Source: Macrostomum lignano (Eukaryota). Taken from it: 64,000 bases of DNA. The DNA lies in the NCBI GenBank assembly GCA_002269645.1, contig NIVC01000092.1, positions 62,001 through 126,000 on the forward strand. Direction: 5' to 3'. The first letter of the stretch is position 1. Every line of letters begins with the position of its first letter. Position numbers and translations under genes: made by a program. Below are positions 1 through 10,600 of this stretch, one piece after another. The notes under the pieces are model-generated. The model ran no database searches. It was not told the origin of the DNA and worked only from the letters and a program-made list of their open reading frames with translations.

Positions 1-85
1 GAATGTCTTGGTGTACTCTTCGGGAATGTCTTTTTGGACTCTTAGGGAATGTCTTGGTGGACTTTTCGGGAATGTCTTAGTCGAC
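1..85. repeat. ~24 bp degenerate tandem repeat (CAP gene intron)
   Basis: gaatgtcttggtggact(c/t)ttcgg-type units. Confidence 0.6.
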
Positions 86-212
86 TCTTAGTTTACGATT
101 ATTGGGTAATCAGGAAAGTTTATTGGGTTTTTCAGGATAGTTTATTTGATTATCTTGATATCTTATCCGTGATAATCCAGCGGATTATCGGGGCTGTGTG
201 CAGGCAGCTCAC

Positions 213-2550
213 TTTCGCAATAGGCCCCAGTACCGATGCCGGAGGCGCACTTGCAGTAGCAGTCGAGAGATCCTGGGATTGACTCGCTGACGCCGCAGTT
301 GGAGCAGTTCAGCTTGCACTCTGCGATCCGATGTCGGAGGAGTAATAATCATACGTGACGTGTGATTAATAATCATCTCGGAAGAATAACTCACTTGTAC
401 TTGAAACTTTGGCGCCAGGATTGTATGCCTGTACATCCGACTGGGAAACCATGCTGCTGTTCACGCACATGCCGTTCAGGCACAGGCCTCGGTATGAGGG
501 GCACCTGAGGGGATTTTTGGGGGTGTATGGTGATTCTTGTTGGTGTTTGGTGATTCTTGTTGGTGTTTGGTGATTCTTGTTGGTGTTTGGTGATTCTTGT
601 TGGTGTTTGGTGATTCTTGTTGGTGCTTGGTGATTCTTGTTTGTGTTTGGTGGTTCTTGGGGGTGTTTGGTGGTTCTTGGGGGTGTTTGGTGATTCTTAG
701 GGGTGTTTGGTGATTTTTTGGGGTGTTTGGTGATTCTTAGAGGTGTTTGGTGATTCTTAGGGGTGTTTGGTGATTCTTTGGGGTGTTTGGTGATTCTTAG
801 GGGTGTTTGGTGATTCTTAGGGGTGTTTGGTGATTCTTAGGGGTGTTTGGTGGTTCTTGGGGGTGTTTGGTGATTCTTTGGGGTGTTTGGTGGTTCTGGG
901 GTGTTTGGTGGTTCTGGGGTGTTTGGTGATTCTGGGGTGTTTGGTGATTCTTTGGGGTGTTTGGTGATTCTTTGGGGTGTTTGGTGGTTTTGGGGTGTTT
1001 GGTGATTCTTTGGGGTGTTTGGTGGTTCTGGGGTGTTTGGGGTCTTTTAAGGTTTCTGTGAATGTGAGGTTTCTGCGTAGCTTGTGACTCACTTGGAGCA
1101 GGCGGAGCCTCCCGATGTGTACACCTTGCTCCCGGAGCTGTACTCGCAGAACACCAAGTTGCTGCCCGAACAGACGTAATGACCGCAGCCAACCTCAAGC
1201 ACGCCGTCACTGATGAGCTGGACATAGTGGCCACAGGTGGTCAGCTTCCCTGCAGGGTTGCAGGAGGTCGTGTTGTAATTATAAATGGCCTTCTCAATGT
1301 GCCAGGCCAGAGTGATTTCGCTGACGTTGGTCCGGTAGCCCATGTAGATGTTCTCCCCCAGGCCCTCGTAGTCCCCGCCGTAATTGTGCTCAAATTTGCA
1401 CTTCTCCGATGCCGCCTGGGCCAGCGACTCCAGGCGAGTGTTCCACGTCTGCGCGCGGGGGTAGGAGGCAGGAATGCTACAACTGGCACAAGCTACAACA
1501 GAAACAAGCTACAAGTGACACAAGTTACAAGTGACACAAGCTACAAATGACACAAGCTACAAGTGACACAAGCTACAACAGATACAAGCTACAACTGACA
1601 CAAGCTAGAAGTGACACAAGCTACAACTGACACAAGCTAGAAGTGACACAAGCTACAAGTGACACAAGCTACAACTGACACAAGCTACAACTGACACAAG
1701 CTACAGCAGACACAAGCTACAAGTGACTCAAGCTACAAGTGACACAAATTAAAATTGACACAAGCTAAAAGTGACACAAGCTACAAGTGACACAAGCTAC
1801 AAGTGACACAAGCTACAAGTGACACAAGCTACAACAGACACAAGCTACAAGTGACACGAGCTACAACTGACACAAGCTACAACTGACACAAGCTAAAAGT
1901 GACACAAGCTACAAGTGACACAAGCTACAAGTGACACAAGCTACAAATGACACAAGCTACAAGTGACACAAGCTACAAGTGACACAAGCTACAAGTGACA
2001 CAAGCTACAAGTGACACAAGCTACAAGTGACACAAGCTACAAGTGACACAAGCTACAAGTGACACAAGCTACAAGTGACACAAGCTACAACAGACACAAG
2101 CTACAAGTGACACGAGCTACAACTGACACAAGCTACAAGTGACACAAGCTAAAAGTGACACAAGCTACAAGTGACACAAGCTACAAGTGACACAAGCTAC
2201 AAGTGACACAAGCTACAAGTGACACAAGCTACAAGTGACACAAGCTACAAGTGACACAAGCTACAAGTGACACAAGCTACAAGTGACACAAGCTACAAGT
2301 GGCACAAGCTACAAATCAAAAGTCTTTTAGTTGCAACAAATTCAGTAAGCTCTCTTGAAATTCACCCTGAAATTACCAAAAAGTTCATCTTGGTAGCCCT
2401 GGGATACACGGCCTCCCTCAGCCGGTTGTGGATGTTCACAAACTCTGTCTTCTGGCTCGCGCTCAGGGCGGCGTTGACATTCGCGGGCAGCAGCAGAAGA
2501 GGCAGCAGCAGCATCAGGAGCGGCAGCATTTGCAGAAACTTCAGCTGCAT
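213..2550 (-). CDS. Secreted CAP/SCP (CRISP/PR-1) domain protein with downstream Cys-rich EGF-like module; 3' part outside window
   Basis: Exons 2550-2377, 1448-1093, 504-395 and 320-213 join in phase with GT/AG ends. Signal peptide MQLKFLQMLPLLMLLL...NVNA. CAP motifs HNRLR, EHN, GLGENIY, WHIE, CGHYVQ, VGCG. Then CKLNCSNCG...CYCKCASGIGTGAYCE. Last donor GTGAGC at 212. Confidence 0.88.
518..1040. repeat. 20 bp minisatellite in CAP intron 2
   Basis: Unit ggggtgtttggtgattctta. Confidence 0.95.
1486..2315. repeat. 16 bp minisatellite in CAP intron 1
   Basis: Unit gctacaagtgacacaa. Confidence 0.95.
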
Positions 2551-3254
2551 TATGTCACGTGACATGCTCACTCTGAGTCTCGAAGGAAATCGAACGGCTG
2601 AGCTTTCGTACCTTCGCTGCGGCATCATCTAATCGAATTTATAGAGCTCACCCACCCACATTGGTCCCCCAGAGCCCTTGCTGTTTAATCACGAATGGCA
2701 AACACAATGGGCGTATAGCTTGCATTGCATGTAGATCGAGTCAGATAAAATTATTGGCAGACAAAAGTTCAAACTGCGAGCGCCATAGTTTTTAGTGCTT
2801 ATTTGCACAATTTGTCTGTTGAGGTGAGACATTCCTTTGTTTAAATAATTGTGTTTGTTACTCTTGCTGAGAGGCAAATTTTTTAGCAATTCGCCTTTGG
2901 CACGGAATCCGGCCAAATTTCATTGCTTGCTGCACTTTACAAATTCAACAGACGGAGTTGGTTGCGCTTGAAGCAACGAGAGAGCAAATTGCATTCCCCC
3001 AAGGTGACCAAAGCTAGTTTTGGTAAACCCTCAGCCACCAGCACTGATTCGGTATATTGACAAACGGACAGACCATCAAACACTTTCCGACACTGCAGTG
3101 CCACTCACTTTCCATCAAAGTTTTTTTCCGACAAAGGAGCCTCCAATGCTGATTTATTTTAACCTATTTTGAGCACTGACGGCTGCGCTCTATTTTTAGA
3201 GCGCAAAAATAAATATTTCGTTGTTTTCGTTGAAACTATCCCACCTGGAGGGAC

Positions 3255-3950
3255 CTACTTTCAACATGCACCTGACACCAGCATGACTTACCTCCAACAT
3301 TTACCTGACACCAGCATGACCCACTTCCAGACACCAGCATGACTTACCTCCAACATGTACCTGATACCAGCATGACTTATACCTCCAACATGTACCTGAC
3401 ACCAGCATGACTTACCTCCAACATGTACCTGACACCAGCATGACTTACCTCCAACATGTACCTGACACCAGCATGACTTACCTCCAACATGTACCTGACA
3501 CCAGCATGACTTACCTCCAACATGTACCTGACACCAGCATGACTTACCTCCAACATGTACCTGACACCAGCATGACCCACTTCCAGACACCAGCATGACT
3601 TACCTCCAACATGTACCTGATACCAGCATGAACCACCTCCAACATGTACCTGACACCAGCATGACCCACTTCCAACATGTACCTGACACCAGCATGACCC
3701 ACTTCCAGACACCAGCATGACTTACCTCCAACATGTACCTGATACCAGCATGAACCACCTCCAACATGTACCTGACACCAGCATGACCCACTTCCAACAT
3801 TTACCTGACACCAGCATGACCCACCTCCAACATGTACCTGACACCAGCATGACCCACTTCCTACCTGACCTCAGCATGACCCACTTGACCTCAGCATGAC
3901 CCACCTCCAACATGTACCTGACGTCAGCATGACCTACTTCCTACCTGACC
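3255..3950. repeat. 33 bp minisatellite
   Basis: Unit cctgacaccagcatgacttacctccaacatgta. Confidence 0.95.
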
Positions 3951-4594
3951 CATTGATCACCGCAACAATCAGAGACTATAAAAGTACAGACAAACAAAAT
4001 ATGATCAGTGAATCGTATTTCTATACGTGAACAAACGCGTCAAGAACAAGCAAGGCAAATGCATCAGTGAACCGGTGTATTTATGTGATATAGTTGAAAA
4101 AATAACAGAAAAAATACAATACCAAGCAACTAAAAAAATAGTAACGAAGCAGCGTTATCGCGAGAAAGCAGATCTCAACTGAATCAAGATACGAGCTAAG
4201 AACAATCATGAATCATTTGTCTCAAGAAACGATAAATATGCAGATTTTCTGTTACTTTGTTGTAAATAAAATGAAAGAAAATAAAAATAAAACACAAAAA
4301 AGGAAAGCACATCGTTAATAAAAGCAAACGCTTTCACAGAACAGGGAAAAACGAAACAAATATTGAAAATAAACCAAAGCTCTCGCTAGAGAGGGAAATT
4401 TAACAGCACAAGCAACATAAAACTGAATGCAAAACTAACTATAATTTCACAAAATTTCTAACAAAAAACAACGAAATCATTCAGCCCCTACTACTAGTAA
4501 TATACTCCTGAATTCCTGAATTGCTTATTGAGACATTCGCCTTGAGGAAGATAAAGTTGAACTGCTACCAGAAACTGTTCTACTAGAAGATGAA

Positions 4595-6370
4595 TCACTC
4601 CTTGGAGTGACGCCGCACATGCTTGCTGTAGGTGGACCGATCTGAGAACGCGCTACCGCACAGGCGACATTTGTAGGGCCTGGCGCCGCTGTGCGAGTTC
4701 AAATGAGCAGTTAGTTGAGTCTTCTGTACGAAGCCTTTGCCGCACAGGTGGCAGCGGTGCGGCCGGATGCCGGCGTGGATCAGTTCGTGCCTGTGCAAAT
4801 TCATACTGTTAGCGAACACCTTGCCGCAGGTGAGGCAGGTGCGATCTTCGCCTACTGCTTGTCGTCTGTAGCTGCCGCGGCCATTGGCCGAGCGAGGCTG
4901 CCGGCTGCCGGGCCGGCAACTGGCCGCCTTGGTGTGCAACTCGAAGCGCCAGGTGAGACGGAAGCCCCGGCCGCACACTTTGCACACGTGGCTGCCGCGT
5001 TTTGATTGGCTGGATGGAACGCCAAGCGCTTCGTTGATGACGGATGCTGGCGGCGCGGCCTGCAAGTTGCGATTGTCGCTGACCTCGATAGTGGCGGCCT
5101 GCGGCTGGTCTGGTAGGGCTGAAAACTGGAATGTGCACCGGATGGAGATGTACTGTAGGTTGTGGGTCAAGCTGAGGGTAGATTGTGGGTCAAGCTGAGG
5201 GTAGATTGTGGGTCAAGCTGAGGGTATAATGTGGGTCAAGCTGAGGGTAGATTGTGGGTCAAGCTGAGGGTAAAATGTGGGTCAAGCTGAGGGTAGATTG
5301 TGGGTCAATCTGAGGGTATATTGTGGGTCAAGCTGACGGTAGATTGTGGGTCAAGCTGACGGTAGATTGTGGGTCAATCTGAGGGTATATTGTGGGTCAA
5401 TCTGAGGGTATATTGTGGGTCAATCTGAGGGTATATTGTGGGTCAATCTGAGGGTATATTGTGGGTCAAGCTGAGGGTATATTGTGGGTCAATCTGTGGG
5501 TATATTGTGGGTCAAGCTGAGGGTAGATTGTGGGTCAAGCTGAGGGTAGATTTTAGGTCAAGCTGAGGGTAGATTGTGGGTCAATCTGAGGATATATTGT
5601 GGGTCAATCTGAGGGTAGATTGTGGGTCAAGCTGAGGGTATATTGTGGGTCAAGCTGAGGGTAGATTTTAGGTCAAGCTGAGGGTATATTGTGGGTCAAG
5701 CTGACGGTAGATTGTTGGTCAAGTTGAGGGTAGATTGTGGGTCAATGCTAAGGAGCTAGCAGATTTTCTGTCAGCACTCAGCACTGCTTGTGGCACAATG
5801 TCGCGCAAGGCTGCCCACAAATCTCTTGCGAATGATAATTATTTATGTGGATCTAAAGTCTAGACCTAAAGATAGTATCGCAAGGGACATTACATCAGTT
5901 ACGATTTAAGTAGGTCATTAAGGGAAGCATTGGCCAATTCCAACCATCGGCCTCACCAGTTCCCAATCAGTGAGCACAGGCGGCAAAACGTCTTCATCAA
6001 TTGACACAGACTCCACAGCCGCCGCCATAGCCAGAGCCTCGTCATCACCAGCCACTTCAGCTTCGTGAACAGATATGTAGTGCTCCAAGTAAGCCATAGA
6101 AGAGCTGAACAGAGTTAACCAAGGGCAGAGCAGACAGGCAAGTTGAGTTTTGGCAGATGGCTGTTCGAGCTGCGACATTGTCTGACAGGCGCCAAACTCA
6201 GTTAGGATATCGCAGATCTGCGGCCCAGTGCAAGCTTGGCATAGCATGACACCTGATAAGCTGCCGCAATTGAATGTTCCAATGGTTGTGAGACAGTCTA
6301 AACAGTTGGCACAGCAGTTGTCTTGCATAGTAGGCTCTGGCAAGCTTGTGTCAGGATAATTACACTCCAT
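4595..6370 (-). CDS. C2H2 zinc-finger protein (~314 aa) with Cys-rich N-terminus
   Basis: Exons 6370-5957 (donor GTGAGG) and 5125-4595 (acceptor ttccag), phase 0. One CxxC..HxxxxH finger in exon 1. Exon 2 has a C2HC finger plus three canonical C2H2 fingers with HAGIRP and HSGARP linkers. Confidence 0.85.
5155..5745. repeat. 23 bp minisatellite filling the ZF intron
   Basis: Unit tgtgggtcaagctgagggtagat. Confidence 0.95.
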
Positions 6371-7169
6371 CTCTTTGTAGTAAGTGCTAAAATGGTTAGC
6401 ATTATTAGTTATAGCATTTGTTATTTTGCTTATCTAAATCGCGATGCCATGGGATTTAACAAAACAATTCAATTCACTTCAAATTAAAAAAAATTATTTT
6501 ATTCAAAAATATAAGCACTAATAATATTGCATGTTATAAAGTTTTATGATATCAACATTTTAATTCCTTTGTATGCCTTTGAGAAATACATCTTGGCTAC
6601 CTGTGGATTTGGATAAAATAGATAATGTGGACAGCTACTTTATGTAGCTAAAAGAAATTAATAATATAATGTAAAATAGCAAAAAGTAATGGCTTTTTGT
6701 AAAATAGCAAAAAGTAATGGCTTTTTGCTAAAGAAATCACTAAAACTACACTATCAAGCCTAATTTATGTTTATATAAAGTAATCACATTTAAAAAGTAT
6801 AACAAAGCTTAAAACTAAGAGCTTTCAATTCTGCTTAAATTACAAAAAGTGGATTTGGAATTCTAACATAATGCCACTGCTTTAAAAATCAATCTAGATA
6901 TAATGTTATGCAATTGTATTGCACACTACAAACGTTATAATTAACATCAATCTAAAAAAACGATGTCCAGTGCATACAGTCCTTTTAATATAGCAATTTA
7001 ACTCACTCTTCAAAATCTTTCACTCACATCATAACTATTAAAACATCTATTTACATCACAAAAATTCACATCAAATACTTTATTTTATCTAACTCAATGA
7101 TTTTAGATTTCCATGAAAATTTATTGTCGATACAAAAATCTTAGCTGCTAAACAACCAGCTCACACTGT

Positions 7170-7520
7170 GTTTTTACGAGGGAAATGAGAAGATGTACAG
7201 TGCGGCTGCTGGTGGTCCTCCTGTTGTCAAAGTCGAGCGCGCGAAAAATTTTTAAATTATTTCCACTGTACTAAAGTGAAACAAATAGTAAATAAACTCT
7301 ACTACAGAGAACACTTCAATTTAATTCTGAATTCTAAAAATACTTTAAAAAATACTAAATATTTGTTTAGTTCAAAGCAACGGTGCCCCCGCATTGTGTG
7401 ATTTTTGCAGAGTATACAGTTTTAAAGTGTTATTTTTCTACGAAAAAACGAAAGCATATTGTCGTATAAAATATCGTATTATTAGATTTCCGGCGGCAAG
7501 TAATTCTGATGATCGTATTG
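7170..7520. promoter_or_regulatory. Candidate bidirectional promoter between ZF gene and WDFY gene
   Basis: CpG-containing patches in AT-rich DNA between divergent ATGs (6370 - and 7638 +). E2F-like TTTCGCGC on the - strand at ~7237-7248, TTCCGG at ~7488. Possible 5'UTR intron 7500-7632 (GTAATT...ctctag). Confidence 0.35.
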
Positions 7521-7637
7521 TCTGATAATTTATATAATATTCTGATATAAGTGGATAAATCCGTTCTAGTTTAAAGCAACTTGGTGATTGTCATTTAATC
7601 AATTGAACCTTCTCTAATTGACTCCACTCTAGGTTTA

Positions 7638-10600
7638 ATGAAAAGTATGTCCACTGCAGTTCAAAGAAACACAAGTCAAGCATCGAATTCAAAGTTTCGT
7701 AAACCGGAGCTTATTTTTCGCATTGAGAAATTAGTTTCTGGTGATCCACTAAATGACTTTGCTATTTTACCAAAAGAAACAGGAATAATTGCGGTCTATG
7801 AAGACAGGCAAGTTGACATTTTTGCTATTTGACAATTTATGGAATATAACTAGCCTAGGGCTAGGCCCTAATCCCTAACAATACAATAATTGTCTTGCAT
7901 ACTTAGACCTATGAATTTTTTTCTAGTTTGACCAATAAAATTTTTATATATAAAGAAAACTCATCAATTATATACCACATTTGAAATCATGTAAGATTCA
8001 TAACATAGGAACTCTAGATTATTAGTCTATAGTAAGTTAGCCATTACATTAGTATTAGTATACAGGTACAGCCATAGTCCAAAGGTGGCCTTTATGCTGG
8101 AATTTTCTGGCATATTTTTGCTCTTGCTAACAATCTTCGTGTACACTTGGCATATAGAATTTTCAGGTTCAACATGAAGTGTACACAGTCGGCATACAAA
8201 AAATAGCCAAGTTCAAGGCTAATGTAATTGTGTAGTTAAATATCAACCAATGTCAAAAGCTCTTTAAAAATAATTGGAAACTAAAATAGAAAATATTAAC
8301 ACAAACATGAGAAGATAAAAATTAAAACAAAGAATATTAGTTTTTAGCAATAAAATAGCTATTTTAAAGTTTAGTAAAAGTTTTGAACTCCTAAAAATAT
8401 ATATTCATTAAAAAATGGCATATAAACAATTTTTGTTTTAGCATAAAAATTTCCTAATTTTACATCAGGATAAATTTGAATTTAATTTTGGATAAATTTT
8501 ACATAAGCATAAATTTTCCTTCGGGCATACACTTGCCATGATCTAGACTATGGGTATAAAGTTTGTTGTTATTTTGGTATATATAGCTATAGGGTCTATT
8601 TATTTCCATAAATTATAATCTATTAAATTGTCTAAATTTTAAGTATACAGTGGTGCAAATCATTAAAGAAAAACTTATTGAGTTAAAAAAATTGAATTAA
8701 AAACTAAAGGTAAATGAGATACTATTATAAATAATAAGTTAAACTATTATTATAAGATTTAACATTATTATATTAAAATGTTATTTACTAAAAGTTGTAG
8801 AAAATAAATAAGCTATATATATATGCAATGTATATAGGTTTTGATATATTATAAAAACATAATAAAGTATAGTTATAACTATAGAAACAATGTATTTTTG
8901 TTAAAAAGAACTCTAAAAGGGTTTTCAGACTTGGTAAGCCTACTATAGCAAAGACCACATTGGCAAGAGATATATGGCTATTTTAGCAAAGTATAATTTT
9001 ATTACATTTCAATTTTTTCATTAGATCTATTTAATATAACATTTTAGAGTATAAAACCATAAAAACTAATAATAAAATTAATAACAAAAGTCATAAAGTA
9101 GTTAAAATTATCAAGTAATAAGGTACTTATTATTTTCAGGTACTATATAAATTAGTAAAAAAGTTCTCAATAGCTAGATGATTTGAAAAATTAGGTCCTA
9201 TTACAATTTTTGCTTGTCAAAAAATTAAATTCCAAAAAAAGTTTAAAAAATCTCTGTTAGAGCCTTTAAAATACAAAAAGTCAAAAATATCTATTTTAAC
9301 TCTTATATCTAAGATAATACAACATATCAGATAATTTTTAATTAATAACTACTAGCAAGTTATATAATTAAGTCACTATAAAATTGCTTGTTAGACATTT
9401 TCAATGCACTTATTGGTGAACATTTTTGCATAGAATTCCATGCTAAAGCATTTATGTACTAACTGACCATCATGGATGAGTCTAATTAAGAAATATTTCT
9501 TAGTATTCATAATTCAAAGTGATACCACACCATAGAGTGAGCAATCAAGAGACTATAGTCTGCAAATCAGTTAAATGACTTTTTGAAAGAAAAAGAGGTT
9601 TAAGAATTTTCACTATCTTCCAAAACTGCAGGTCAGTTCGGGTGTTACTTCGCCGTGATAATGGACAGTTCTGGCCCAGTGTGTGCCAATTTCTTTCTAG
9701 TAAGTTCTTTATGTGTATATAATTTAAGCTTTTATTTGTTCTAAAGATATTCTAACTTTGAAGCATGCTAATTTCTGTAGATTTTTTTGTTTTTCAAATT
9801 CAAATTGATGTCACTTTCACTAAAAACATTTTATTCTATACCGATTTTTATTTTCCATGTCTACGAGCTAGTTTTCGAAAGATTATCTTTTTAATTGCAG
9901 CATAACGAGTACAATCATATAGGTATATCCCTGGATGTCTTTTAGAAGCACAATTCGCTGCTAATGACGTCAATAAATTGCAGATAATCATAGGCCTTGT
10001 ATACACGGGGTATGAAGTTGATCCATAAATATCTATTTTTAGCAACACAATTTAATGCTAATGACGTCAATAAGTTGCAGCCAATCAATGGCGTTTTATA
10101 CACAGGAGTATGAAATCAACCCATATAAATATCTATTTTTAGCAACACAATTTGGTTGATGATGTCAGTTAACTTGCAGCTAATCAGATGCATTCTAGAT
10201 AGAAATAGGTTCCAGGATAAGCACTTTTTAATATCTATTTTTCACAGTACATTTCTCTATGACCAAAGCGCCATGTCACGAACTTTGGATTCAAAAATAA
10301 TTCCCAGGCCCCTGCAGCAGTCTGGCCTATTCAGAGGAATCGCGCAGCCTGTTCGTCGGCTGCGACTCCGGTCTGGTGTCCGAATTCAGCCTGGCCGAGG
10401 ACTACAATAGCGTTGAATTGCGCCGGGAATATCAGGCTCACAATGGCCGCGTGACCGCCTGCATTCACGCTATTCACCAAGAGTGGGTCATCACCTGCGC
10501 CAAGGACCGCTATCTGGTGTGGCATAGCGTCCAGACTGGAAGGCGATGCGGCAGCTACTTGGCTGGGGCGCCTTGCACAGCCCTGCAGTATGACCATCCA

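Noticed and set aside
797-3913. Repetitive ORFs at 797-1234 and 3288-3913 (likewise 14697-15327, 25104-25736, 34218-34577, 62641-63069)
   Set aside because: All coincide with minisatellites whose unit lacks a stop codon in that frame.
7620-7640. Spliced-leader trans-splice acceptor before the WDFY ATG
   Set aside because: A plausible cis donor (GTAATT at 7500) lies upstream; the two cannot be told apart without transcripts.
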